From the NCBI RefSeq assembly GCF_006345805.1, contig NC_042998.1, positions 101,618,001 through 101,682,000 on the forward strand: a stretch of 64,000 bases of DNA, in the 5' to 3' direction. The notes under the pieces were generated by a model. It saw nothing but the letters and a program-made list of their open reading frames with translations, was not told where the DNA came from and searched no databases. Each line of letters begins with the position of its first letter. Position 1 is the stretch's first letter. A program made the position numbers and the translations under genes. Below are positions 12,891 through 27,588 of this stretch, piece by piece. Source of the DNA: Octopus sinensis (taxonomy: Eukaryota).

Positions 12891-14133
12891 CAGGGTGCTG
12901 ACGATATTTGAGGACGTATTTTTAGTCATTATTTTATTTGACTAATTTTTACCGAACTTCTATTTCAGAAAATAACAATGGCAGGTTCCATGCTTACTAA
13001 TAAATGGAAAGTGCATGCTGTGATAGTGGCTTTGAAGGCTAAGCATGGTGATTTAGAAATTTGTCATTTTCTGAAAGTTGTAAGACCTTCTGGCCACAAG
13101 CTTCGGTGTCAGTTAGAGAAAGAAGATGGAAGCGTATTATCTGTATGAAAGCGTACAAAACATTTCAAACGCTGTGATTCTATCAGGACACCTGAATTTA
13201 TTCAGGAAATTAAGCAAAACATTGAAGACAATCTAAGAAATTCAATGAGGTCATTTGCAAAAAATTCGTATGTCAGAAAAAAAAATCAGAAATGTTGTGC
13301 ATGATGACATCAGATACAAATTTTACGTGATAATGAGAGGTCAATTCATGTCAGAAATTTGCAAAAGAAAACCGATTCATCACATCCCAAAGACTTTAGA
13401 ACGAACTTAAAAATTCAACAGATGGTGCAAATTGTTTTTTCTCAGATGAGAGAATCTTTGATCAGGAACAGAAAACTAACAAAAGAAATGACAAATGGCT
13501 ATGTGCAGACCCTTCTAAGATTCCAAAATTAATGCACACAATATTTCCTGCAAGTGTCATGGTTTGGGGGGTTGTTAGCAATGAAAGACTTGTGAGACCG
13601 CTTCACTTTTTACCGCAAGGCCTTAGGATAAATACTGCTGCGTATATTGAGGATCTGGATAAAGTTGTTAACCCTTAGATCAACATTGTATGCCTTATGT
13701 CTTTCACCAAGATTCTGCACCATCACACGAGGCTTAAATGATACAAGAATGGATGGCCGACAATTTGCATGGACAGATCATCCCCAAAATTTGGCTTCCT
13801 AATTCTCAAGATCTAAGTCCACTGGACTACAATATATGGATCACCGTTGAGAAAAATGTCAATGAACACCCCCATAGCACCAAAATGTTTTGACAGTCCC
13901 CATAGTTGGTGTCATGTCCGATGTGGACAAGGACCATTTATCTGAGCTTGTAAACATTTTCGACCTCACGTACAGGCAGTTATTGATGCTTATGGTGGTT
14001 TTATTGAATGAAATTATTAAATTGATTATTTATTTGTCTATGCCACTTTTTATAAAAATCCAGGTTTTTCCTGTTATCAAATAAGCGTTTTTTACAAGCC
14101 ATAAATCTGTCATTAAATAGCGTCCGATCCCTG
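12891..14133 (+). mobile_element. Tc1/mariner superfamily, maT (DD37D) transposon, decayed; transposase pseudogene at about 12978-14011
   Basis: Motifs FFSDERIFDQEQKTNKRNDKW, VMVWGVVS, PYVFHQDSAPSH, WLPNSQDLSPLDYNIW and a GGFIE* end. I count 37 residues between the QD and PLD aspartates. Degenerate TIRs are ta-CAGGGtgctGACGaTATTT and AAATAgCGTCcgatCCCTG. Stops and frameshifts are present. Confidence 0.9.
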
Positions 14134-14588
14134 CATATATATATATATATATAGGTTCAAATGAATATGGTACTTAAATCAGAGGCACCAGAATTTTGTA
14201 TGGCATTATCAATATAAATCCACGGGGTGATTATAATCAAAATAAGCAATTATCTTCGGTAATTTGGTATAACCGAAAAGCTCTCCATCTCCACTAACAG
14301 ATCTAAATAACTAAAGAAAAAATCTATAGTCAGAAGGTAAATTTTAATACTATCATGTTCTTAATAATCAAATCAGCCTCTCTGTCTGTATATCTACCCT
14401 CTTTATAATGTTAACAAACGAAATGGAAATAAGTATATGTATTGTACGTTTGATGGAAGACTTCTATAAATGGCTAAAGATTGCTCAACATTTTAAAACT
14501 GATGTAATACTTACAATGTTTAATAAAATGAAGTAGCATGGAACGATCGTACCAAATTACCGAAGATATACTTGTTGCTTATTTTGAT

Positions 14589-14692
<104 letters not shown>

Positions 14693-15704
14693 TGAGTGGA
14701 CAAATGGGAGTTACATGTATGGATAAAAACAGTTTGATTCAAATTCGTTGTTACAGTTGAGTTTCAAGCGCGATGCCAATCGACATCATTTTGAATTTGA
14801 ATGACAGATGATGATTGTTACTACCGTAAGGTGGGCTGCAATTGGTCGAGGAAGGTGTCGTGGTTTGATGTTGGTATACGGTTAACAGTTAGTTGGAAAA
14901 TACTGCATGGCGAACTCGAAATTGACCACGTGGAGGGCAGGAGATGTACTAGGACTCAAATAGGTTGCTGGGGGTGGGGGAAATAAGAAGGGTTGGCATG
15001 TGCAATTATATAGTTCTGTATCTGGGTGTGTAGAAGCGCTCATATAGTTTTGCGTGCATGTGTATATTGATACGAATGTGTGCATCTGTACATGGACTGG
15101 CAAGTGCACGTCTGCACACAAACACACACGCTTGGAACAAAACGCACGCGCACACACGTACATACATACTCACTCAATCGCACACATGTTCGAATGCATT
15201 TATGCATGCGAACAGGTGTGCGTGCATACACGCATGCGCGTGCACAAGTGCATTCGAACGCGTGCGTCCAAAAGTATATATGCGCAAAGCAAGCATTAGG
15301 GATTGGTAAGTGTTGGAGGCTGGTATGCGTTGGGGTTGGTAAACGTTGGGGATTGGTAAATGGTAGCCCTGTCCATGAGGTTAGTTGGTAGCGGTGACCT
15401 TAGTGCATGCGGTGCAAAGTAGCAGGTGGTGCTGAGGCGGTACAAGAGTACTATGCAACGTGTTGCATGCATATTAGTGCAATCATGTAAGATGATTTAT
15501 TATATACTGAAATTATTATTATATGGTGAAAGATGCAAAACGCTCGTCATCCTACAGTGGTTAAATAAATATGTTCCCCTCTTATACCTCATGACTTTTT
15601 ATGACCTATGTATATGTACGTATGTATTTATGTATCTCACTCTCTGTCTGTCTCTCTCTCTCTCTCTGTCTCTCTCTCTGTCTCTCTCTCTCTGTCTCTC
15701 TCTG

Positions 15705-15756
<52 letters not shown>

Positions 15757-16088
15757 TAGAGACAACACCTATTGTCGATAAATAAGATGCAGATTAATGA
15801 ACACTAAAAGCAGTTCCATTATTTACTTGCAGGTGTCTCTTGATTGCGCTTCTTGTTTCAGCTTCTGCAATGTGCCATTTGTTCATTATCATTCGACTGA
15901 ATTCAATTATGATATCCATTATTGTGTCTCATATATACTGGGTCAAAGCAATTTCAAGTTGCAGATATTGATGCTTTCATTGAAAGCAAATAGATAAGTT
16001 GGAATCGTCATGTTTAATGATTAACCTCCTGCTTGTATGCATGCATGTATGTATGTATGTATGTATGTATGCATGTATGCATGTATGC

Positions 16089-16124
<36 letters not shown>

Positions 16125-18280
16125 TCATATACATGCATACACGTATTCATACGCACACATATACACATATATGTATGCATACACAAAATCTCACACACAG
16201 CCATAACATATGCAGAAACAGACACTACATTTACATTCTCGCAACACGTACACTCACGAAAACGAATATGAGCTTGTTAGGGATTTTATTTCATGAGATC
16301 ACTTATTTGCCTTTTTTAAATATATGTTCCTCAACAGATCCTTTCTAGTCGAGGAATGGCATATTGGCATATTCGATAAACACTTAAAACGAATGTTTAT
16401 GTGGTGAAACGGATGTATCTACCTGATTATCTGAGCGAATATAAAATACAGTATTATGGTTTGAAATTTTAAACAATTCAGAAACACGTTCAACGATATC
16501 CATCAAATGTGGTAAATGTTGGACCCGAACAAGATCCCCAAGTCTTCTAATGCTAGTGTGGTATGGACTCTTTTGAATTTCTATGATATTATGTCTGATC
16601 GATCACAACAATAGTTCAGCCACAGTTGAAGTTGTAGCGTTGTCTCTCCACGCTATTCGCGACTTATTCATAATTGGAAACTTTCCTCCTCGTAAACAAA
16701 CTATAGAAAAGAAAACAAATCTTAAAATCAGTGGTAACCAAGGCTTGTATCTAGAAATGGATATGATAACTCTTGAGCCGATGACATTCATTCCATGTAC
16801 AAAATCGTACAGAAGTTTCTGCTGAAGCTAATGAAAAATTCTTGAAAATAAAACAAATAAGACACCAGTGGTAATGGGCCCCACCGACAAACTTGGATTA
16901 TGCAAAAATGTTCAGCGGCATGCTGCACAAAATATACGTCTTATGATATTCCTTGTATAAATTGCAAAAAATCTCGAAAGAGCTGGTAAGCGTGTTTATC
17001 TTCCTACACTTGGCCTGTTACCTTATACTTTACAAAACTGCATTTTTGATATAAATTCTCAAGAAACCATTCATATAAATTCTCAAAAAGAATCTTTAAC
17101 ACTGGTATACTTTAAAATCGTATTTCTGAATCACTTGTGCGCAACTTGAGATTGCCCACTAAAATTTACAAGGGTAGCTGCAGTTAAATCAATAAAGAAA
17201 CAATATGAGTGGAACTTGAAAATAAAACAGCTGCGTGTGACCAAATATATTTCTTCGTACTATCTAATTGCCGCACGGACTTGATATTGATTTCTTGAAT
17301 TGTTGTTAATGATGTTAGACTCTGTGCCGCGCAACAGGACTTACCTGGAGGTTTAATCTCAAGTGTCGTTATAAATCGATCTCCCTTAGTGTTTTCTGTA
17401 TCCCCAAGATTTAAACCTCTAAATACGCAGGCAAGTTCGTTTAACTCAACAGATGTCGGCTTTCATCATTCAGAAGCAAATAGAATTATCAAAGAATACA
17501 TTACTCGTATCAAGTAACACCTCCTGGCTCATACAAGTCTATACTGTTAAAAGTAACAAGAAGAGGACTATAATGTTTAACAACTTCGAGATAGGTAATA
17601 AATTTAGCTGCTTCGACGGTTACCAATATCTAAAACTGAGTTCACAAGATATGATATTACAAGATATTTAGTATTTTCAATTTATGTGTCTCATACCACT
17701 ACTTTGTTTGATTCCAATGATGAAGTACCAATCAATTTCGACGCAGACGTTCAGTTGTTTAAGTTCAAATATTTTGTTTAAATCAGATCAGTTAACCCTC
17801 AAGCAAGGATTTTGTTTTCCCGACCAAATTTGTTTCGAAAATGAATTCGAATGTGCGTTCTTCTAGTATGTAACTGCCATTTATGGCAGCATGTTTGTTT
17901 GAAGATGTAACATAACACTGAAAAACGATAACATTTTCAACTGCTTCAGTCAAAATTTTATATTATCAAATTAGTCGAAATGAGTTGCTAGCTAAGTCAT
18001 GTTTTCTTTTTTCAGCAATGCCCGTATGCTCTAATAAGCAATCCTGATCTCGTGTTCCGGGTTTGTTTGTTTATTATTCCTAATGGACTCTTATACTCTG
18101 CAAGAATAAGATATCTAATTAATTCTCAGTTTCTGCTCTCAAAGGACTTTATAGTGGCAATCATGGAATTATATTACAGACCCTGCGGAAGGTAAATTTG
18201 AAGTACCTTGATGTACGAATTTGCTGTAAGCAAACATTTATTTACTTTATGTTATATAGACTTCCACAGACAGAACCAAC

Positions 18281-18314
<34 letters not shown>

Positions 18315-20650
18315 TGAGTGAGTGAGCAGCGACTATTTATAGTAACAGAGGCAAGCAACGGGTAGCAACTGCAGAATCTCCTGAAGGTTCAAGCGTTTCT
18401 ACTGTTGTAAGAATAATTCAAAAAGATTACATATTTACTTCCTCATCATCGCTTAGAGCGTTAAGCAGCTTTTAGTATTCTCAACCGTAGTTTCTTGCAT
18501 GAGGACGATTTTCACTTTTATTTGTTTATGGTATATTATTAGAGATAATATATTTGGTGTCATAAATAAAGGCAAGAGCCTTAAAAAAGATAATGCTTTC
18601 TTTACACATTACTAAAAGTCTTTGCACCGTGTTTACAAAGAAGAATTTGTTTCAATTCCTGGAAGTGTTCTCTTTCACACGTAATCTAATGCAGTAAGAT
18701 ATTTTAAGAAATGAGAATCGAACCAACAGTCAAAAAGATCGATTACCGATTATGTTGCAGTCACTAGTATATTTAGAAGCTAATGAATGATGGTAAATGT
18801 TTAAGGCAACTTAAACTAATATTTTAGAAGACCCAGGCGTTCTTCATTATCAGCAATGATATTTACCAGCAGAAAACTGTTTTCCAATTTCCCGAACTTG
18901 CCTTCATTATCGATGATAATGGCACTCAGTAGCTGCTAGCGTAAAAAGAATTAACTTTAAGTTGAAGTAGACTAAGCAGACAGCTAGAACAAGTAGCTGT
19001 TGTATCACAGTATTTGTCAAAACACCACATATCTATCGACAAACATTAGTGACATGTATGATTATTCTATATAGAATTTCTTGATAGAAACGGCGTCTAG
19101 CCAAGTAATCAATACTTATATCTAAATAAACCCCCAGCTGTGAAAGCTAACAAAACAACACATTAACATATTTCCATTAATGAAATGTCATTCTACTAAA
19201 CTCAACAGTTTTTCAAAACAGGAGTGTTCCAATACGAAGTATAGGAAGAGAAAATCGGTTTTCAAAAAGATATAGTTCAAAGGAAATAATACTTGTATAT
19301 ATTCATACAAACATCTCACACCCACACGTACCGCATGTGCACGCATACAAATGAGCACATACGTTGCTGCTCGGGCAAACGCAATCAGATACAGTCATAT
19401 ACAGACAGACAGACAGACAGACAGACACACACACACACACACACACACTCACACACACACAGACACGCACATACACACACACACAATCATACGCAAGCGC
19501 GCACACACACTCTTACACACAGACACAACTCACATGCAATTAAGTGTATGATGTGTACTGAAATATACGGCGCTACGTTTTCAGTGAAAACCGTTTCAGA
19601 TTCAGATTTCATTGCATGTGTTTGTTGTTTCGCTAATATCCTTGAAAACATATATGCATTGCTTTTTCCATTTCTCCAATAAATGTATTAAAAGACAGGG
19701 GATTGATTGGCATAAACATTCGAAAACACTTCAACATCAGGTCCATAATTCTTCTTTATTCTCTCTAGCTTTATCTTTGTATAATGACATTTGCTTCTTG
19801 TAACTGGCTAATTTCGCACCATTTCAACTTAAGCACGCTCGACTCAATTGACTCGCCTTTTCCAATTACCCACATCCCACATCGTATCCATCTTTTCAGA
19901 CCCTGCACTAATAATTATATCTAGTGCTTTCCTTCGTGAACATTGTTCCCCATAATTCTTTCATGTGTAAATAACTTTTCTGCAGTTGTCATTGTTAGCA
20001 TGAATCTTAGCTGTCTTAGAGAACATGCAAAGTCCACGCCATGGCAATGTGCTGTTCGTCAAGACTGAATTGATAAAATAAAGTCACTGATTGTAATGGC
20101 TTATTGTTGACTACCTTTAGTCATAATCAATGAAATAACTGACGAGGTATTGCATATCTCTTAAGAATACATATTTTCCCCTAAATTTAATGGAGCATTA
20201 CGCAACACTCTGAATAACGGGAAGGTGTGGAACTTGGAAATTTCTATGTGGTCATTCAACATGTTCAGGATACTTGTTAAGTCCCCTTAAAATCTGCAAT
20301 CTTAAAGCCAGCCACTTTTCGGAAAATAGAACATATTATTTGATGTATTCCGAAATCTAGTTTGGAAAAGAAAACTCAAAATACGTGATTGTAAAATCTT
20401 GGATGCTTTTGATTAAAGATTTGCTCGTGTAGGGCATAACGTGGGATGAAACAATAACTGAAAGAAATACTTTATTCCATATATTTTTCTATATATTCAC
20501 TTAACTTTGTAAATTACGTGATTAACATCAAAATGAAATAGCAACAGTAATATACCGTTAGGCACAAACAGTAAAACAAAAATATATACTGATTTTTATA
20601 AAGAGTTAAGTTGGCCATGTGAGATTACGTATACTCCTTATATTGAATTA

Positions 20651-20859
20651 AAAATTTGGCACAAGGCCAGTAATTTTGGGGCAGGGGTAAGTCGATTACA
20701 TCGACCCCAGTACTCAAATGATACTTATTTTATCGACCCCAGTAGAATGAAAGGCAACGTCAACCTAGGCGGAATTTGAACTCAGAACGTCTTTATACGG
20801 ACGAAATAAAGCTAAGCGTATCGTCCAGCGTGCTAAAGATTCTGCCAGCTCGTCGTCTT
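20651..20859 (-). mobile_element. SINE family A, monomer
   Basis: Contains tcgattacatcgaccccag..ttatcgacccc..gaatgaaaggcaacgtcaacctaggcggaatttgaactcagaac..ctgccagctcg. Confidence 0.85.
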
Positions 20860-21105
20860 GTATACTCTTCGCATTAATCGCTTGATGTAGCGTAATATAC
20901 CCATTACAACTCACTGACTTATCTATATCTCTCATTATTCTTAGCAACGTTTGTTCCGTAGTAATCCAACCTCTTTTGATCTAAGATTTTTTTCTCGATT
21001 TACTCAAACTTGTCAATAATATCCTTTGATTTCCTTTTCTTTCTTCCTCTTCGTTTTAGATATCGACACACACACACACGCATCACACACACACACACAC
21101 ACGCA

Positions 21106-21146
<41 letters not shown>

Positions 21147-21868
21147 ACACACACACACACGAACCTGAAATCGTGTACATAAGCGTATGTATGGAAGGCA
21201 TATGTGATTTTGGTAGTTGTGTTGATAATGTTGTTAGCTGTGATGGTTCTGCTATAATTTTCTTATTTTTGTCGTCTTTATTTTCAATGTTGTTTTAGTT
21301 GCTTTAGTTGTTCTTGTTGCTCTTCTTTCTTTAAATTTGTCGTAGTATTTGTTTTCTATGGTGTTATAACAGTCGCAACTTATTGCTGAGATACCGGAGC
21401 CGAGACGTTGGTATCATAAATTTTGGATTCACTGTCGCCTTCCACACTTTTCTATATACGGCCATTGTTGTAGCTGTCGCTGCTGGTTTATCGTTGTATT
21501 TACTACCATGTGTTGTCGAGCTGGTCAATGAAATAAAGTTATTCAAATGGTTCCAAAATGGAAACTGAAAGCAACCGGGTTGGGCACATTTCTCGCTGAA
21601 AGATTATCGATTCATATAGAATCTTCTCCAACGTAACTAGTTATTTATCAAAAGATTATTCTCTATACATGCATACTTATTTTATGCTATTGTTTTTGTC
21701 TCTGTAAGCGAATGTTAGCATAAAGATATCCGAGTGATTCTCCTTACATATATATCGTCATTAGAGCTGCCCTGAAAGTAATGAAAAAGTGGACATGGCA
21801 TGTTTAGTGCTTGGCATAGATCGTTCATGTTGTAAATGTTTTAGAATAGCTCAATCTCTATAAAAATG

Positions 21869-22780
21869 CTACTCAACATAGTCTCATTTGCCCTATTCTT
21901 GGACACAACATTCGAATCTCCTTCGAAATATTTCATGTTTGCACTATTGTTCCTGCTTGTTAGCAGTTCCTTTCACCGGGGCTTTGTCATCAAATGTTGT
22001 ACCCCATGACTAAGCTTCACTTGACCAAAGAGAGGAAAGTTGCACGGCGAAGATCCACACTGTACTGATCAATCGTTTCTACCGATTCCTTGATTTGTTG
22101 CTAAATATTCAGAGTTTTATTCGTCCGCATCCTCTTAAAGGCTTTTCTAAGCCTTTTGAGAGTCCCAAGTGCTTATTGCTGTTCTTGGCATAACCACATT
22201 CGAGAAGATAGAAGGAGAATTTCCTCATGTCATTCCCAACGAATAGTTATCATGATCTATCCTTGTGGAATCTATCTCTTGAAAATATTTGGTCATAGAA
22301 AATAGGTGTGACTTCATTCCATAGTCTGAGCATTCGTTCCCGTACCATAATGATAAATTTACTTTTTATTTTTTGCCACCAGATCAAAACGAAAAAGAAA
22401 AATCTCTTCATTGTCTTACAACACTTTCAGCTGATCAGAGCAGACTTCCTTTCTTTTTTGTTTCAAATCGAGTGTTAAATACAGAGGTATTCCCTTTGTA
22501 CACACCCAGCAATGTAACATGTCTATTCCTGCCAAATTAACCCGTCCAAACGCTTGCAATTTGAATCAGGGATAGTCACACTGACAGTGGATTCTCACTA
22601 CATAATTTAATTTCAATGCTGGTTTCCCCTTCTTCATATTCTTTCATTCACCAGTGTACATAATTTTTGTATATGGTGTAATCTCTGTAAAGAATGTGTA
22701 GCCATCTGTGGATACCAGACACCTTTGTAACTCACCTTTGTCAAGAACTGGATGTTGGCACGTTGCTTCTGCTTATAAAG
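21869..22780 (-). pseudogene. Mariner-type transposase pseudogene, heavily decayed
   Basis: Frameshifted - strand translation gives QRANIQFL, W*MKEYEEGETSIE, KRKEVCSDQL, IMITIRWE*HEEILL and a terminal DYVE*, matching the mariner order of HTH, WVP region, catalytic core and GDYVE*. Confidence 0.65.
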
Positions 22781-23789
22781 AATTACTTAATTGCAATGAA
22801 AAAGAATAAACAAGCTGACGTGTAACACTAACCACCATATGCAAATTGAACAAACTACGTCCATTAAAGAGTTATGGTACACTTTTGTGTTACTTTCGAA
22901 GAACCCTTGTATCTTCATGAATATACAACTAGAGAAAATATACAAATAATTCATATAATCTAAGTGCTTCTTTAAACACTAAGCAGACAACTTCGTATGA
23001 GAGAATTTTCTTATGGTAACATGCGACACCGTGTCTACAAAAAGTGAAGTATTTTTACTGGAATTAATATTAAGTTTCAGTATCTATTCATATTTGTCAT
23101 TAAATAAATATACAGTTGACTGAATATATCATAACATTTATAAAGTCTCTTATATAAGTTTTTCTATTCTATAACTCCTTTTACCTTTTGATTTCAAGAA
23201 TATTCATCTATTACAGACACGTTCAATACAAAATTATTACAATTCTCTGTTATCTATTGGTTCGCCAGTAAAATAAATAAAATTTGTATTCTCAAATCTG
23301 CTACTATGTTTCTTCAGGTGAGTGAAAAGAAATTTCGAATATATTGGCATTACTCTCTAGTGATTTATGTAGTAATGCGTTCGTCTATGCATTTATATAA
23401 GCATTATATAAGAATTCACTTGCGTATCAATCAGTCTATATTATATTTTACTATCTATTTAATTATCTATCTACCTACATATCTATCTAGCTAACTTTCT
23501 ACACGCCTATCTGCATGCTTAAATTTCTAACTGTATATTTCACTCTTCAATTTATTTATTTCCCTAATACCTTCTTACATAACTACTTACATTTCGTATT
23601 TTTATTTCTATTTTTCTTTCTATATCCAATGTATCTAGTCGTCTATCTGAACGGGTCTTTGTATATCATTTCTTTAAGTGTCTGCAAAATTAAACACATG
23701 AATAATTTACGCTTCTATTTATCTACCTAATACTTCGCTGTATATATTCTTTTATATAATCCTTAGAGAATAGTGCTTTATTAGCTTTG

Positions 23790-23965
23790 TCCCACACCAC
23801 CCGGGCATGTATGATGGAGCAGAACTACGATCAAAAGCATTCCTATCCTGGCCATCCTGTCTGTGTAATAATATGTGAGACTATATACTGTAATTCACTA
23901 CTCCATTATTAAAAACGGTAGATTGTTATTTGAGGAAGATTGGTTACTACTTCTTTTAGGTTGAG
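23790..23965 (+). repeat. Fragment of a dispersed repeat ending in a gatttgg(c/t)t(g/a)ctatttct-like motif; related fragment on - at about 2175-2245
   Basis: ttaaaaacggtagattgttatttgaggaagatttggttactacttct..gttgag resembles the reverse complement of 2175-2245 (aaaacggaatgttgtgtttttggaaagatttggcgactatttctagaaagttgag). Confidence 0.45.
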
Positions 23966-24269
23966 TACCATGCTGAAGCATTCCCTTGACCTTAGCCAAA
24001 CAAATCGATTGCAGTTGTTTTTGTGTCTGGCATTTATTGTTCAGGTATACTTTGCCGGAGTTAAGTTATTGGTGTATGAAGAAACAGCAGTTGTGAAGCC
24101 GTGTGGGAATAAACACAATGATATGCACACACACATATCACACCCAAACACACACGCACACATACACACAACACACACAGCAACACGCACTCACACTCTC
24201 TTTTTCTCTCTCTCACGCAGACATGCACACACAAACATGATTATATATATGTACACACATATGTACGAC

Positions 24270-24395
24270 GAGGTTCCACTTAGTTTCCGTTAACTAAATA
24301 CATGCACAATCATTTGTCGGCCCAGGCTATTATATAAGAAGCTTGCCCCAGGTGTCGAACTCAGAGAGTGAATCTGACCCAACGTGACAGAAATG
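24270..24395 (-). mobile_element. Fragment of SINE family C
   Basis: gtcggcccaggctattatataagaagcttgccccaggtg matches, as a reverse complement, the body at 35475-35525. Confidence 0.45.
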
Positions 24396-24799
24396 TTTAG
24401 ATACAGTCACCCAATGGATTTATGTTTCATTATAGTGATATGAAAGATATAATGTTTAAATGTTCTTAAATTTACACACATTCCTACAAAAAGGGTTGAC
24501 TTTAAAATATATTTTGAATACATTTTATGAAAGCTACAACTTTTCTCTTATCATGGTAACCAATCTTGATACAAATAACTTTCTAGATTTGTAAACCGAA
24601 TGAAGCATTAAATTACATAAAATGCTAAGAGCGTGAAAGTAATAATAACACCTTAGACTCGATTATATCAATTACATTAATCACTTTCAACTAGCAAGCG
24701 GATGTTTACAAACTTTTCTATATTCAACAATGAAGGTCTATACACAGAGGAACAAATATAATGAAGATCAGCTAAGAGCTGGTCAATTGGAAAATGGGA

Positions 24800-25200
24800 A
24801 ATATGAGAGTAAATGCTCGCTCAGCACCCTACATATAACCAAAATATAGATTCTTTAAACAAGCTTTCAACAAAACTCGATATACACTGCAAAATTGTCA
24901 ATTATTCTAAGCTGAGCTAAGCGAGTACCTACACCCCAGCAAATAACTGCAACGAAAACAAACCGAATGCTTAGCTAGTCGACACTATTACTAAGTAAAA
25001 ATTATTGTTCATCTACAGGCAGTATAAAATAATCAAACACCCAAAGCATATATAGTCTTTCCTTCTAATTCTTATAAGCTGCGCACTTACAAGAAAACCA
25101 TATTTTCTGAAAACTACTTACAAGGAATTATACAGCGTTATGGAAATAGTTCATGAACCTGGAAACCAAGAATATTCTATACAATCAGATATCAAAATAC
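24800..25200 (+). pseudogene. Very degenerate Penelope-like linker/GIY-YIG remnant
   Basis: KLSTKLDIHCKIVNYS and AYIVFPSNSYKLRTYKKTIFSEN loosely follow the PLE pattern KIFNRNTVKLSYS ... YIG.T.N.FK.RY..HK.SF. Confidence 0.3.
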
Positions 25201-27289
25201 GTTAGTAAAGTCATACTCTTTTTTACATAATAACAAAGCGGGTGAATCTTTTAAAGTCAAAGTATTGTCATACTCATAGATAATACCTCATCCCACAACT
25301 CCCATCACACACTCCCAGAAAACAAATTCCCTTGAAATCCAACAAAAACTTTCAGAAAATAAATTCCCTTGAAATCGAACAGAAATAAAGACTCTTAACA
25401 TTTACCGACAGATAAAATATATATGCATAAGCACGTTCTAGGTTAACTACTTAGCTCGAATACCATCACCGTGGATGTACAGTTTAATTCCTAAGGAACT
25501 GAGGGCCTTGTAATATTTAACGTTTCCCAAATGTTACGTAATCTTCAATTTCAGTTGTATTCTCCTTAATCACGTACAACCATTGATAATAATACCTGCA
25601 GTTAGCTTGGCTAGAAATCCTATATGTGTAGTCTACATATCCCAGTACCAATGCACCTATGCATTGTGTTCGAGCTTAAGTATCCGTGGATATATTTAGG
25701 GGCACTATTATATGTGCTGTGCGTATATGCATTCATAGACAAGTATAGATATGTATATTTGTGTGTATGTCTATATATGAGTATTTGTGTGTATGCAAAT
25801 GTGACTGGGTGTACATATGCGTGCGAATATACACATTAACTGAAAGCATAGATTATATGAGCATGAATATTTATATTTGAACCTGTGTAACCTCTTAATA
25901 TATATTTTTTCATGTGCCAGTAGATACTTAAATCAAGATATGCATTCACAGAATTATAAGTAGCTAAAATCTGTATATGCATGCATCTATATAAATATAA
26001 ATGCATAGATATGATTTTGCAACCATGCACGCTTATGTATATGCGTATGCATATATCTAATTCTATGCACATTTATGTGCCTGTATATAAGCCTGCTTGT
26101 ATAAACATATCTATGCAAGAACTACTGAATATATCTGTATACATGCTTCTCTAGTGTGCTTAATTACAAATAAAATAATGTACATGTGCTATCTCTGTAT
26201 GTAGGTGTTGCGTTGATTACTATAGTGTATTAAGGTATTTGGATGCTAGCTACCATACTAGTTTGAAGGTCAAGACAGTTCTAATATTCTTTAACATGCT
26301 TTCATATAATATCACCATAAGCTTTCAAACATTACCGTTTTAATATGGGCGTTAGCTGGTTTAAGAATAGCAAATATTCTTAGATTATATCTTTAAGATA
26401 ACTTATAGTTTAGTATTAAAAGATTAAGTGTAATTAAACTGAGAATTTCGGAATTTTCAGATGACAAGCCAGCAATCAGCCAAGGCCAGAACCATCTCTT
26501 ACTTCACACGTTTCACTTTTCCTCCCTCTCTTTCTTACCCTCCATCTCCACTCGTAGAAAAAAGAAACATGCAATGTGATCGTTACTTGTGAATATGAAC
26601 TCCAAGGATCAAACAAAATTGAATCTGAAAACTAGTCAGAAATTAAATAATATATATTTATATTATTACTAGAAAAGTATTAAATTTTCGCTTAGATCAA
26701 TTAAGGGCATTTACACCCGCACACCGAATTCCGCTATTGTAACGAAATTACAAAAATCCCCAATTTTAGGGGACTTGAGAGAGTAAATGACATTGATTAG
26801 TTTCAGCGAAAATTTAGCATTTTTTTAGTAATCAAATATAGCAACATTTTAGTTCTCGGGCATTTTCAATTTCTACATTTTTTAAATTTTCACTCCACTA
26901 TATTGAATATTTTATCCTGCAATTAAGAAATCGAAACAAACGAAGGAATATCTTCTTTGCATTGACAATCAATCATGATCTGTTAAGTAAAATCCTTATG
27001 CAATAAGCTACAAGGAAAGTATACAACAGAAAGCTTGTTAAGGAGGACCTACTACTAAATAGAAAGAGATCGCCCTTCATTGTAATCCAGTGCAGTTTTT
27101 ACATTCATGATACAGTTTCTGTTTGTTTCCACCTATGTATGCTGAAGTCTCTATGTTATTTATAATTTCTTTGCGTTTTTAAATGATTCACTGTGGTTTT
27201 TTATGTATACGTGATGTAAATGCTTTGCGACAAGACTTGGCGTAAAATCTATAATATAAATCCAGTTATGTGTGTGTGTGTGTGTGGTG

Positions 27290-27320
<31 letters not shown>

Positions 27321-27588
27321 TGTGTGTGTGTTTGTGTGTTTGTGCGTAAAAGATTATAACGGCCGTAATTCTCAACTGATTTTCTCCAAACTGGGAATAC
27401 ACTACTTCTGCTCCACAGATGGTTTTAGACTCTTAAAATGCTTTACACAATGAGTAACGGGCCCTCTGAGAGTAGAAAACGCCAGTTCCTTTGTTACAAG
27501 GAGAGGGGAGGTAATTCTTTGCGCAGTAACTTTCAGAAATTGATTGTCGTCATTACATCAATTTGTCAAAAACTTTTTGCAATCTCAA

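Noticed and set aside
17338-17420. acttacctgg resembling the U1 snRNA 5' end, or a - strand exon (GLNLGDTENTKGDRFITTLEIKPP) ending at CAG/GTAAGT
   Set aside because: Only about 10 nt match U1. A perfect donor is expected by chance in a window this size (another lies inside the LINE at about 55380), and no partner exons or homology are recognisable.
18280-18400. (GA)n followed by TATTTATA as a possible core promoter
   Set aside because: Both motifs are common in this AT-rich, microsatellite-rich DNA, and no downstream gene is evident.
21364-21597. Open - strand frame of about 76 codons after a tctttcag acceptor
   Set aside because: No recognisable domain and no supporting neighbouring exons. 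It cannot be supported without RNA-seq or homology.
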